From: a virus
Taxonomy: Duplodnaviria; Caudoviricetes
IMG/VR virus record: IMGVR_UViG_3300031555_004728
Span: 96,001 to 160,000 of that record
Direction: 5' to 3' (one strand)
DNA: 64,000 bases
Every line of letters starts with the position of its first letter. Position 1 is the stretch's first letter. The notes beneath the pieces are model-generated. The model was given only the letters and a program-made list of their open reading frames with translations. It was not told the DNA's origin and did no database searches. Shown piece by piece: positions 49,839 to 59,633 of the stretch. A program made the translations under genes and the position numbers.

Positions 49839-49991
49839 ATGGAATCTATTACATTAGCAGTTGTTGGATTTGCATTTTTATGGTCATCTAAAAATACAAG
49901 TAGTAATTCTACTATTGGTAAACTGTTTGATGGTTTCGAAGCATGTATAGGATATTTTCTTTTAATGACATCATTACTTACTATAATATAA
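49839..49991 (+). CDS. Small membrane protein
   Basis: 50 aa MESITLAVVGFAFLW..., two hydrophobic segments, abuts upstream stop. Confidence 0.55.
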   Translation: MESITLAVVGFAFLWSSKNTSSNSTIGKLFDGFEACIGYFLLMTSLLTII

Positions 49992-50007
49992 AAGGAGGAT
50001 ATATTAA

Positions 50008-50172
50008 ATGAGAGGATTCACATTAGCATTTGTAGCATATGTATTAATTACAATAGCAAAAAGTGTTAATACTAAAAAAGATAATGAAGTACTAAAAATC
50101 AAAGGACTACATATAGTATTAGCATGGATTCTTTTAGTCGTTGCAGTGGTTTTTGCTATACTTGGTATTTAA
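50008..50172 (+). CDS. Small membrane protein
   Basis: 54 aa MRGFTLAFVAYVLI..., AAGGAGG SD, two hydrophobic segments. Confidence 0.6.
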   Translation: MRGFTLAFVAYVLITIAKSVNTKKDNEVLKIKGLHIVLAWILLVVAVVFAILGI

Positions 50173-50187
50173 TCGGAGGTGACAAAT

Positions 50188-50715
50188 ATGACTGGATTTT
50201 TAAATATCCAACTAGTTCAGACTGTAAATGGTATAATTAAAGCTGGGGATTTACTTCCAGGAATGGAAGTTTATTCATATGACCTAGAACAAAGAAAAGT
50301 AATTATATCTAAGGTAAAAAGAGTTTCAAATTTAGGAACTCAACATAAATTAATACATTACACTTTTGATCATGGTCAAAATTTATGGTGTACAGAAGAT
50401 TTAGAAATTGGTATTTGTGAAACTAAATACTATCAAAAAACTAAGGAGTCTGATAAAATACCATATTCAAAAACACGATTTAAATATATAAAAGACATCA
50501 ATAGACGATACAGAATTCAGACAAATATTTTACCAGAATATATGGAAGGGGAATTCCCGTCAGGTAATAAATTATTTAGATCTGAGATTGATGATGGTTT
50601 AACAAGTGATTGCTATGTATGTCAGGTCGTTTTAGAAGATGCTTCAAATTTATTTATCACGTCAAAATATTCAAAAGCGGAAGGAATCTTAGTAAAAGTA
50701 TTTCAGGAGGAATAA
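50188..50715 (+). CDS. Second stand-alone degenerate Hint domain
   Basis: TGFLNIQLVQTVNGIIKAGDLLPGMEVYSYD...LWCTEDLEI...VVLEDASNLFI...GILVKV. Confidence 0.6.
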   Translation: MTGFLNIQLVQTVNGIIKAGDLLPGMEVYSYDLEQRKVIISKVKRVSNLGTQHKLIHYTFDHGQNLWCTEDLEIGICETKYYQKTKESDKIPYSKTRFKYIKDINRRYRIQTNILPEYMEGEFPSGNKLFRSEIDDGLTSDCYVCQVVLEDASNLFITSKYSKAEGILVKVFQEE

Positions 50716-50718
50716 AAT

Positions 50719-50961
50719 ATGAAACAAGAAATTTCAGAAATTATTAAAGAATGGAAAGATGAAGCTGGCGTAAAAGATATTATTCTTGTTGGTGCCAGAT
50801 CATCATGTTTACGAACAATAAAAATTTGTACATCTAGACCTGGAGCAATGATAGGTTTAGGCGGAGAATTACATGACAAATATAAAGAAAAACTTAAAAA
50901 GGTAAACCCAGTTCTCGAACATATTGAATTTGTCGAGACTGACTCTTGGTACATAAAATAA
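50719..50961 (+). CDS. Type II KH-domain protein resembling ribosomal protein S3 N-domain
   Basis: IKICTSRPGAMIGLGG resembles S3 IHTARPGIVIGKKG. Confidence 0.65.
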   Translation: MKQEISEIIKEWKDEAGVKDIILVGARSSCLRTIKICTSRPGAMIGLGGELHDKYKEKLKKVNPVLEHIEFVETDSWYIK

Positions 50962-50981
50962 AATAAAAAGGAGAAATTGAA

Positions 50982-52520
50982 ATGAAAAATGTAATTATAC
51001 CTATTCACGTAACACATGCAGCAGATATGGATGGAGTTGGATGTGCACTACTCACAAAATATGTATTTGACAATAATACTATTACACAAGTAAATCCATA
51101 TACAGGACAAACAATGGATACTATGTGGGCTCAGGCATTAATTATACCAGTTGGAAATAATGTAACTGATATTATGGAAGAAATCGAAAGATTGAGAAGT
51201 AATAAGAAAAGTAAGCAATTATTATATGAATTTGAATCTTTTGTTAAAGATTATGGAAAATGTACATTTTCTAATAAAAAGAACAGGAGAATCATTTTCT
51301 TATACATTTTTACTGATATAAATTTGCCTGTAGATACTTTTGCAAAATTACAAGAATACACATCGAATCTTATATCATATAATGATAATGAAGAGTATAC
51401 TCATTATGATTATTATTCTGCATTCTGGGAATTTGACCATCATAAAACAAATCCTAAGTACAGAGAAATATTAAGTTATAATAATGATTCATGTATTGAG
51501 GATTTGTATTCTGAACATGGATATTCAGAGTGGTTTGGTATTCCGGCTTATGCATCTATCGTTTCATCTTATATGAATTTAGGATACGAATTTCAACCAT
51601 TTTTGAAATGTGTTTATCCTACAATAAAATATAATCATAATAATCTCAGTGAATCATACATTACTGAAAATAGAGCGTCTATATCTGATATGTTGCATTT
51701 ATTGCAAATGGATGGTAATTCATTATCACGTGCAGAACGGTCAGCAACATATTTCTATTTCATGTTCTTATACAATTTACGTGTATTTGATCAATGTAAA
51801 TATAAATATATCTGCAGGCTTATACATTCAGTATTTCATATTTCAAATTATGATACATTTGAATTTGCTAAGAAAAATCCTGAAATACCTGAAGATTTTA
51901 AAGTTAATCGACCTGACAAGTTTACAATTTATTTTAAGCAAATTTGTAATGGTGATTTCTTTAGAACGCTTGAAAATCTACATTCGAGAATTACATCATC
52001 ATATGATGATATACCAGCGGGAAATGACTTTTTCCCATTTGATAAATCTGATAATATTCTTATAGACTATGAATATGAAAAGCGAGATAACGAATTCGAA
52101 TCTATGGTTTATAAATCATTTGTTATTACAGGAAAAGAATTCTGTACAGAAATGGGAATCGAAATTAAAAATTCAGGACTTCGCGTTGCTGATAATGTAG
52201 CAATTATTACATATCCAGTAAATGATCCATCTTATGTAGGAAATTCTATTGTTGAGAATTATGCTGTACGAATGGTTGTTATGCTTTACCCAGATTCAAG
52301 AATTGTTTCATTCAGAAGTAATAATAAAGAAGATAAACCAGTTGACTGTTCAATTATTGCTAAACGTCTTGGTGGTGGAGGTCATATGTTTTCATCTGGT
52401 TGTAAACTTGATGAGGGTAATGCTATTAGATTATTACGATTAGGTTGGGAACCTAATGTTAGACAACTTAAAAATTTATACATTGATGATAGTCTATGTA
52501 TGGCAGAAGAAGAGTCTTAA
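50982..52520 (+). CDS. DHH/DHHA1 phosphoesterase
   Basis: HAADMDGVG, FTDI, FDHH, SFRS, GGGGH. Confidence 0.85.
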   Translation: MKNVIIPIHVTHAADMDGVGCALLTKYVFDNNTITQVNPYTGQTMDTMWAQALIIPVGNNVTDIMEEIERLRSNKKSKQLLYEFESFVKDYGKCTFSNKKNRRIIFLYIFTDINLPVDTFAKLQEYTSNLISYNDNEEYTHYDYYSAFWEFDHHKTNPKYREILSYNNDSCIEDLYSEHGYSEWFGIPAYASIVSSYMNLGYEFQPFLKCVYPTIKYNHNNLSESYITENRASISDMLHLLQMDGNSLSRAERSATYFYFMFLYNLRVFDQCKYKYICRLIHSVFHISNYDTFEFAKKNPEIPEDFKVNRPDKFTIYFKQICNGDFFRTLENLHSRITSSYDDIPAGNDFFPFDKSDNILIDYEYEKRDNEFESMVYKSFVITGKEFCTEMGIEIKNSGLRVADNVAIITYPVNDPSYVGNSIVENYAVRMVVMLYPDSRIVSFRSNNKEDKPVDCSIIAKRLGGGGHMFSSGCKLDEGNAIRLLRLGWEPNVRQLKNLYIDDSLCMAEEES

Positions 52521-52590
52521 TGACTCTTCTTTTTTGTATTTAATTTTCTTTTTTACATTTCTTTAATTTGAAAGAAAGGAAAATGTAATT

Positions 52591-53459
52591 ATGTCAAAAG
52601 AATTTACTGAACTTCTAGACGTGAATGAGGTCATTGAAAATTTAGAACCTAAATCTAGAAAGACTATTGGTTTAGTTGATGCTTTAAAAGCAGAAGAAAA
52701 GAAAGATGAAAATTACTTTGACTGTAATGCTTCCATCGTTACTTATAAGACAGGATTACCACAACTTGATTACTATCTTGGATATCGTATTAATGTATAT
52801 GATCAATATGATCATGTTATCGATTCATATCCATCAATAGGTATTACAGGTGGTTCAATGGTTACATTTATTGGAAAACCTAGTACAGCAAAGACAACAA
52901 CAGCTGCACAGATAGCAGCTAATATAGTGAGGAATTTCCAGAACGGTATTGTATTACACTTTGACCTGGAACAAGCAATGAATTACTCACGTATTCAAAA
53001 CTTAACGAAGTTTTCTATGAGTGATATTAAAGCGGGTAAATATATATTAAGACAAGAACTTAATACTATTAATGATATTAAGGCTTCACTCATGCGTTTG
53101 TATTTAAAGAAGACTTCAAACCCTGATTTATATAAGTATAAAACAGGTAAACTTAATGAATTTGGTGAAGAAATCGAGGTATTCGAACCAAGTGTCATCA
53201 TCATAGATTCTATTGCAACTTTGAGTACAGGAATTGATGAAGGAAGTAAAAAAGATTTGGCTAAACTTGAAGAAGTTGGTAGTCAAACAGAAAGAATGAG
53301 AATTACTGGTGAAATAGGAAGATTCTTTAATGAGGTATTACCATATCTTAGAAAAGCAAATATTATTCTTATTACTATTAACCAGATTAAAGATAAACCA
53401 CAATTAGGATTTATTCATGAACCATCAGAAATATTATATCTAAATCCGAATGAGGCTCT
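52591..53459 (+). CDS. recA: RecA/UvsX-like recombinase, exon 1
   Basis: GKPSTAKTT, FDLEQA, IIIDSIA, INQIK; exon ends at ...GAG GCT CT. Confidence 0.85.
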
Positions 53460-54686
53460 AAAATTTACAAATATATTATTATTTAGTAGAATAGTATATT
53501 TGAACAGGTGGAGCTCTACACAGAGATGTGTAGCATAAAACCTCTCTAATTGCTGGAAACTCCTGTTAGGTTATCAGTACAGTAAAGTGTAATAATCTGA
53601 TAAATAGGGACAATCAGCAGCCAAGACCAAATATATTTCTACAAAAATATTGTGGAGGTATATAAAATGACATTAAAAAAGTTATTATATGAAAAAGGAT
53701 TATTATATGATACTTTAGAAAAGAATGCTTTTCAAAATGAGGTTTTTATTAAAATGGATACAACGTTATATCCAGAAATAAAACCAGATACTTATATGAT
53801 AAGTAATAAAGGAAGAGTATATCATATTTTAGAAAAAAGATTTTTATCAGTAAAAATTCACTCTAAAAATAAAAATGATTGGTATTATACAGTTAATTTA
53901 GGAAACAAAAAATATGCAGTTCATAGATTAATGATGGCATCTTTTGAAAATTTGGGTGATGTTGAACTTATGCGTAAATTACATATAGACCATAAAGATG
54001 GTGATAAAACAAATAATGAATTATATAATTTACGATGGGCTACACCTAAAGAAAATACAAATTATGCTAAAGAACTTAATTTATTAAATACAAGAAAAGG
54101 TGAAACTCACCCATGTGCAACAATAACTAATGAAATGGCACATAGTATTTGTAAATTATTAGAGAGTGGTAAATACTCACAATCACAAATTTCAGAAATA
54201 CTTGATATACCTTATGATACAATAAATAATATATTTTTAGGTAATTCATGGAAATGGGTGTCAAAAGATTATTCTTTTGATAAAATGAGAAAAATGAAAT
54301 ACCCAAAATGTTTTACACTAGAACAAATTCATGAATTATGTAAATATTTTCAAGATAACAAAAAAGATGAAAATATTAGTATTAGAAAATATTGTAAACA
54401 AGCATTAGTACATATAAATTATGATGAAAATATAATAACTGAAAGTATTATAAATGGAGTAAGATCTATTTATAAAAAAGAACGTTATTTTGATATTATA
54501 TCGAAATATATTTGGTAAGGTTCAACGACTATCGAAAGCATAACATAAGAGAAAGACTTATGTGAAGAAGCGAGTAGAGTACATATAGAAATATATGGAA
54601 ATGGGAGGCTCCTACTTCATGGTAACAGTGAAGAGGATGAAGATATAGTCTGAACATCTATAGAAATATAGAGATTAACATAATTA
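53460..54686 (+). mobile_element. Group I intron with homing endonuclease
   Basis: AATTGCTGGAAA (P4), AATCAGCAGCC, GTTCAACGACTA and GATATAGTCT (P7); IGS GGAGCT at 53510-53515 pairs with exon GGCTCT; removal restores ...NEAL-PGGKAPQFNAS... Confidence 0.9.
53667..54518 (+). CDS. Intron-encoded HNH homing endonuclease
   Basis: VHRLMMASF...IDHKDGDKTNNELYNLRWATPKEN; GGAGG SD; enclosed by ACCAAATATATTTC/GAAATATATTTGGT stem. Confidence 0.9.
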   Translation: MTLKKLLYEKGLLYDTLEKNAFQNEVFIKMDTTLYPEIKPDTYMISNKGRVYHILEKRFLSVKIHSKNKNDWYYTVNLGNKKYAVHRLMMASFENLGDVELMRKLHIDHKDGDKTNNELYNLRWATPKENTNYAKELNLLNTRKGETHPCATITNEMAHSICKLLESGKYSQSQISEILDIPYDTINNIFLGNSWKWVSKDYSFDKMRKMKYPKCFTLEQIHELCKYFQDNKKDENISIRKYCKQALVHINYDENIITESIINGVRSIYKKERYFDIISKYIW

Positions 54687-55119
54687 ACCAGGAGGTAAAG
54701 CACCACAATTTAATGCATCAATTCTTCTTAAGTTTGTTGCTGTGGGATCAGAGAAATATAATTTGGATGATGATGGTTTCGATGGATTTGGACTAAAAGT
54801 AATGATAGTTAAATCAAGAGGAAACCAAGCAGGACGATTTGTAAATCTTATCTATGATAAGGTAAGAGGTATTGATCCAATTAGATCTAGTATTGCATAT
54901 GCAAAAGAATTAGGTCTTACAGGTGGTAATAAAAATGCTTTCTATTTTACATCTGATAAAGATGCTAAATTCTCTCTTAAAAATGTACATGAAGAATTTA
55001 GAGCAGATAGAAGTAAATATAGATTATTATTTGATAATATCGTTCCTGTACTTGAAAGTAAATTATCAATGCTTACAGAAGCAGATTTAGAGGTAATCGA
55101 GGAAGAAATGGATTATTAA
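54687..55119 (+). CDS. recA: RecA/UvsX-like recombinase, exon 2
   Basis: A CCA GGA GGT AAA... in frame with track ORF 54742-55119; spliced CDS is 1302 nt. Confidence 0.85.
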
Positions 55120-55252
55120 TAAATCGAATATTAAATCTCTTCAGAAATATATTATTTTCGTGAAGATAAGTATAAATTAGTAGAATGATTTATTTCATTC
55201 TACTAATTTATTTTGTCTTTGAGATTATATATTACAAAAGGAGATGTAAAGT

Positions 55253-56165
55253 ATGTGTGGAATTAATTCACAATGGAGCAATATGTTTGGGAGAGCACAT
55301 AAGCTTCAAAAAAGAACTATCGTTAGAGGGTTATATTTACCGGATCTAAATGGTAGTGAAAAAGAAAGACCAGCATTAGTATTAAATGATGTTGGAAATA
55401 CAATGAATCAAAATATTATGGCTGGAGCAGGTATTAGATTAGTACCAATAAAATCTAGACCATATAATCATTTTGATATCCCGTTTATATATTCACCTGA
55501 ATATCATCTAAGTACAGTTAGTTTTATTTCTGTGATGAATGAGTTCAATCTTATCATGACAGATCTAGAAAAAAAAATCAAGCAATTCATGTGTAGTTTT
55601 ACCGGACGATGCTTTCGATTTAGTTATTAATGTTAAAAAACTAATTAACGAAGATACTAAAGAAAGTATTAATGAAGCAATCGGTTTAATTAAAGAATGG
55701 AGACTCAATCTTATGAATGAATATAACATTCATTCAATTCAGTATCCAGTGTCAACACAAGAAGGTTACATACTATACAAAGATGGTACAGAAGAATATA
55801 TTAAAATAAAAGGAATGGATTTTGAAAGACTTGTTGTTTTGGACAGTGATAAAACTCCAACTATAGGAGATGACTTTAAAGATGTTTTAAATATGTGTGT
55901 TGAAAACTCTAAAATACCTGAAGATATATATGAGGTTAAAGCAAAAAGAGAAAGAATCAATTTCAAGAAATGTACAGATTCTGAATTGGTTCAATTTATG
56001 AAAGTATTGGAAAATTATAAAGATAGAACTGCAATTGAGATGTCAAAGATATTAAATATATCTCCAGCTACAGTTCCAACAAGGTATAAAGCAATTTCAA
56101 AAGAATTAGATTTTAGAGGATTGGGTGATTATGTAATACCTTATCCGTTTGCAAGAAATTTATAA
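55253..56165 (+). pseudogene. PemK/MazF-like N-domain plus C-terminal HTH gene interrupted by one extra A in an A9 tract
   Basis: GSEKERPALVL...LVPIKS; removing one A at 55569-55577 joins ORFs 55253 and 55713 with no stop. Confidence 0.6.
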
Positions 56166-56306
56166 TTAAATTGGGTTGAAGAATCAGTTAATAACTGATT
56201 CTTCTTTTTTATATTCTCATTCACATTCCATTAAGTTTTATCGTATTTTTTGTATAAATTAATATATTATAAAATAGGATATAACTAGAAAGGAGATTTT
56301 ACGTAC

Positions 56307-58643
56307 ATGAAGGAGAAGTATAACTTAAGGGAAGAGTTGTTAAAATGTGACGAACTCTATCAAGGTGATAGATCTATTGAAGGTAAGGGTATGCTTACAT
56401 TCCCACAATATATCAATAGTATGCGAAGTGTTATGTTCGCTTCTCACCTTAATCAATTTAAAAATCAAATCAATCCAAACTTTCCACAGTTTTTCACTGG
56501 AGGTGAAAATGTAGTTGGAAAATATTCAGATGGATATAAACGTCTAGATGAAGCAGAAGTTTACAGAAAAATTGTTAAATTTGAAGGTTTGGTTGAAAAC
56601 CCAACTGTATATAAATTATTCATATACAACAAAACTAAGAAACGTTTTGAAGTAATCACTCGTCAACCAGATGAAGATTTAGTTGAAGTATTTGGGTATA
56701 GATATAATACCGATGTAATTGATTCTTTTGAAGAGGGAGACCATATTGATGAGGGTACTATTGCATATCGTTCAACATCATACGATGAAAATATGAATTA
56801 TTCATATGGTAGAGATGTTATAACGACATTTTCATTAGACCCATTTACATCAGAAGATGCTGCAGTTGTTTCAGATTCTTTAACTCAAGATATGAGAACT
56901 ATAGAAACTGAAGAAAACGTAGCAACTTTAAATGATAATGATTTTCCATTAAATCTTTATGGAGACGAATTTACATATAAAGTATTTCCTGATATTGGAG
57001 AATTTTCTAATGGTATTTTAATGGCTACAAGAAGAAAATTTAATAATCAGGTATTGTTTGATTTTAAAGCTGATATGCTTGACCATGTAACAGATACTGA
57101 TACAAAGTATTATCTTAAAGGTAGAGTAATGGATATTGATATCTATTGCAATAATGAAGATTTACAAGATAATTCTTTCTATCATCAAATTTATAATTAC
57201 TGGTGTTATCAAACAGCATATTATAAAGACATTAAAAGAACTTGTGAAGAGATTTTTGCATCAGGAGAAGAATTTTCACAAGATATCGATTATCTTTATA
57301 AACGAGCATGTGAGATGTTAGATCTTAAAAAGAAATGGAAAGAAAAAGATAGTGCATTCTCAAATGTTCAAGTACATATTTTAGTTGAACGTGAAATACC
57401 TTTAGAAGTTGGACAAAAGGTATCAGGTCGTTATGGAAATAAGAGTGTTATTTCAGAAATTCGTAAGAAAGAAGAAATGCCTTATTACTATGATGAAAAT
57501 GGAAATAAAGTTCACGTTGAAATGATTTTGAATTTATTCGCTATTATAAACAGAACAACTGCTGGAGTTATCATGGAACTTGCAGCTAATTTTATAGCAA
57601 AAAGAATAAGTCAAAAGATGAAAACATTTACAACTATGAAAGATAAAGAGAAATTATTATTTGAATTCTTAAAGATATTTAATGAAGATCAATATAGTTT
57701 CTTATTTAATAAATATAAGAATCTTTCAACTGAAAAGAAAAGAGAATTTTTATCATATTGTGAAAATGAAAAGATTCATCTTAATCAACCATCAATAAAC
57801 GAAAAAGTACCATTCTTTTATCGTATTATTGAATTAGAGAATAAGTATAAAGAATTATTAGCTCCTGATAAGATGTACATTCAAAAATTTGGAAGAGAAA
57901 TACCTTGTATTAGTGATTCATATATTTCTAATATGTATACTATTACACTTAAACAAACTGCAAAGAAAGGATTTTCTGTTCGTGGTATTGGTGCTATTAA
58001 TAGTAAGGGTATTCCTGAAAGAAGTTATAAATCTAAAGCACATAAAGATTTATATTCATCTACAGCAATTAGATTTGGAGAATTCGAAACACTGAATTTC
58101 ACAATAGCTATGGATCCAAAAGAAGTTGCATTAGTACATGCATTATACCGTACATCTGTCAAAGGACGAAAAGATTTAGGTAAAGCTTTATTATCTAATG
58201 AACCAGTTATTCAGTTACATAAATCATATGATTCAAGAGTAGCTGAGTTCTTTGAAATTATTCTTAAGTCTTTAGGTTTCCAATTAGAGTTCTTGGATTC
58301 TGATGATGATTTATTAGAACTTAATAATGATGATTTAGATTATTTTGTATTAGATTCTGGTAAAAGTATTTTATGTACAGAATATGATAAATTTATCATT
58401 GATAGAAGACGGGAAATTGGTCAAGAACTTCTTGAAGAATTTGGTTTAATTAATACTGATGAATTAAATGATATGATTGATGAGGAAATTCAAGCAAGAC
58501 AATTCATCATTGGTTCATATGATGGAACAACAGATTTCTATAGAAACTGTACTGAAATTGAACCCGTTAAGAAAGAGATTAAATCATCTGAAGAAATTGA
58601 AAGTGAACTTAAAGATTTAATTGATGTTGAAGTTACTTTATAA
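56307..58643 (+). CDS. Multisubunit RNA polymerase beta subunit, C-terminal half (jumbo-phage split type)
   Basis: MRSVMFASHLNQ, EDAAVVS, GQKVSGRYGNKSVIS (GDKxxGRHGNKG), IRFGEFE (RFGEME). Confidence 0.9.
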   Translation: MKEKYNLREELLKCDELYQGDRSIEGKGMLTFPQYINSMRSVMFASHLNQFKNQINPNFPQFFTGGENVVGKYSDGYKRLDEAEVYRKIVKFEGLVENPTVYKLFIYNKTKKRFEVITRQPDEDLVEVFGYRYNTDVIDSFEEGDHIDEGTIAYRSTSYDENMNYSYGRDVITTFSLDPFTSEDAAVVSDSLTQDMRTIETEENVATLNDNDFPLNLYGDEFTYKVFPDIGEFSNGILMATRRKFNNQVLFDFKADMLDHVTDTDTKYYLKGRVMDIDIYCNNEDLQDNSFYHQIYNYWCYQTAYYKDIKRTCEEIFASGEEFSQDIDYLYKRACEMLDLKKKWKEKDSAFSNVQVHILVEREIPLEVGQKVSGRYGNKSVISEIRKKEEMPYYYDENGNKVHVEMILNLFAIINRTTAGVIMELAANFIAKRISQKMKTFTTMKDKEKLLFEFLKIFNEDQYSFLFNKYKNLSTEKKREFLSYCENEKIHLNQPSINEKVPFFYRIIELENKYKELLAPDKMYIQKFGREIPCISDSYISNMYTITLKQTAKKGFSVRGIGAINSKGIPERSYKSKAHKDLYSSTAIRFGEFETLNFTIAMDPKEVALVHALYRTSVKGRKDLGKALLSNEPVIQLHKSYDSRVAEFFEIILKSLGFQLEFLDSDDDLLELNNDDLDYFVLDSGKSILCTEYDKFIIDRRREIGQELLEEFGLINTDELNDMIDEEIQARQFIIGSYDGTTDFYRNCTEIEPVKKEIKSSEEIESELKDLIDVEVTL

Positions 58644-58744
58644 TTTATAGAGTTAGGATTTGTATCCTAACTCTATATTTTTTGTTATTTTTTGATGATA
58701 TATTATTTTATAGATATCAAATAAAATCTAGGAGGATTATAATC

Positions 58745-59002
58745 ATGATTATTATCACAAAGAGAAAATTCAAAAAAATACAAACTACTAATTATATGAT
58801 TAGTGGGGCAGGAGTTGCTGTTGGGGTTATTGGAACAACAATGGCTACAGTAGCATTATGTAAAAACTCAAAAACAAATAAGAAAGTTAAAGAAATTGAA
58901 GAACATGTTGCTATTGCTGAAGAGAGTGCAAGCAAATGCTGTAGAGCATTAGCACCTATTCAACAAGCAATGATTAATGCAGGTGCTATTAGAAAAGAAT
59001 AG
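58745..59002 (+). CDS. Small membrane-anchored protein
   Basis: Start moved to MIIITKRK with AGGAGG SD; hydrophobic Gly/Ala/Val segment. Confidence 0.65.
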   Translation: MIIITKRKFKKIQTTNYMISGAGVAVGVIGTTMATVALCKNSKTNKKVKEIEEHVAIAEESASKCCRALAPIQQAMINAGAIRKE

Positions 59003-59056
59003 TATAAAAAGAAATGACTAAAAGTCATTTCTTTTTTTATATATTTTTTGTTAGGG

Positions 59057-59140
59057 GGAACCAATTTTGTTAAGTTAACTTTCTCTAGTTATCGAGATTT
59101 TCCTTAGATTACAGAAAACTTACTTAACAAAACTGCAACC
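59057..59140 (+). repeat. 84-bp hairpin repeat copy 18 (inverted relative to copies 1-17)
   Basis: Exact reverse complement of copy 6. Confidence 0.97.
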
Positions 59141-59502
59141 AACAAGAAATATTAGATAATATAACTATGATAAATGATGTATATTGGTTATATGAGGATG
59201 TAATAAATAACGATATAGTTATTTCGGTTATATTATATAAAATAACACAAACTATTTTTTATATTGATTTAAATATAACATGGAGAAGTGCTAGAACAGC
59301 TTTTGAAGATGAATTTCTCTGTTCTGGATTACCTATTCAAATTCAAAGCACTCAACGTTTACCGAGTTTAATTAAAGTTAGTACAAAAATCGTTGGATAT
59401 GGAGTTGCTGAATTTAAAAATGATTCAATTTATATTTCACATACTGGTTATGGTAATCCACATTCATTAGTTTGTACAGGTGTTTTAATACCAAACATAT
59501 AA
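59134..59502 (+). CDS. Cassette 18: fibre tip-like domain
   Basis: CNQQEILDNIT then MINDVYW...CSGLP...LVCTGVLIPNI*. Confidence 0.75.
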   Translation, partial: CNQQEILDNITMINDVYWLYEDVINNDIVISVILYKITQTIFYIDLNITWRSARTAFEDEFLCSGLPIQIQSTQRLPSLIKVSTKIVGYGVAEFKNDSIYISHTGYGNPHSLVCTGVLIPNI

Positions 59503-59549
59503 TTTTTTCATCTTTTTCTTTTTTGTAAGAGTGTATATAGTAAGTAGGG

Positions 59550-59633
59550 GGAACCAATTTTGTTAAGTTAAATTTCTCTATCTTTAGAGAATTATCGAAG
59601 ATTACAGAAATCTTACTTAACAAAACTGCAACC
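59550..59633 (+). repeat. 84-bp hairpin repeat copy 19 (inverted)
   Basis: Reverse complement of copy 16 except one terminal base. Confidence 0.97.

Noticed and set aside
53460-53538. ORF-track C-terminus of RecA (KFTNILLFSR...) and 54742 as a separate gene
   Set aside because: Read-through into the intron; 54742-55119 is part of exon 2.
6565-59633. 84-bp repeats as a CRISPR array
   Set aside because: Repeats are too long and dispersed, intervening sequences are 290-430 bp open frames, and no cas genes are present.
6565-59633. Repeat as a simple MITE/REP element
   Set aside because: Random insertion would not place all 19 copies in the same frame ahead of similar-sized domains.
6565-59633. 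Canonical integron
   Set aside because: No integrase in the window, outer R boxes are missing, the site lies 5' of start-less ORFs, and units are dispersed; only an analogy is kept.
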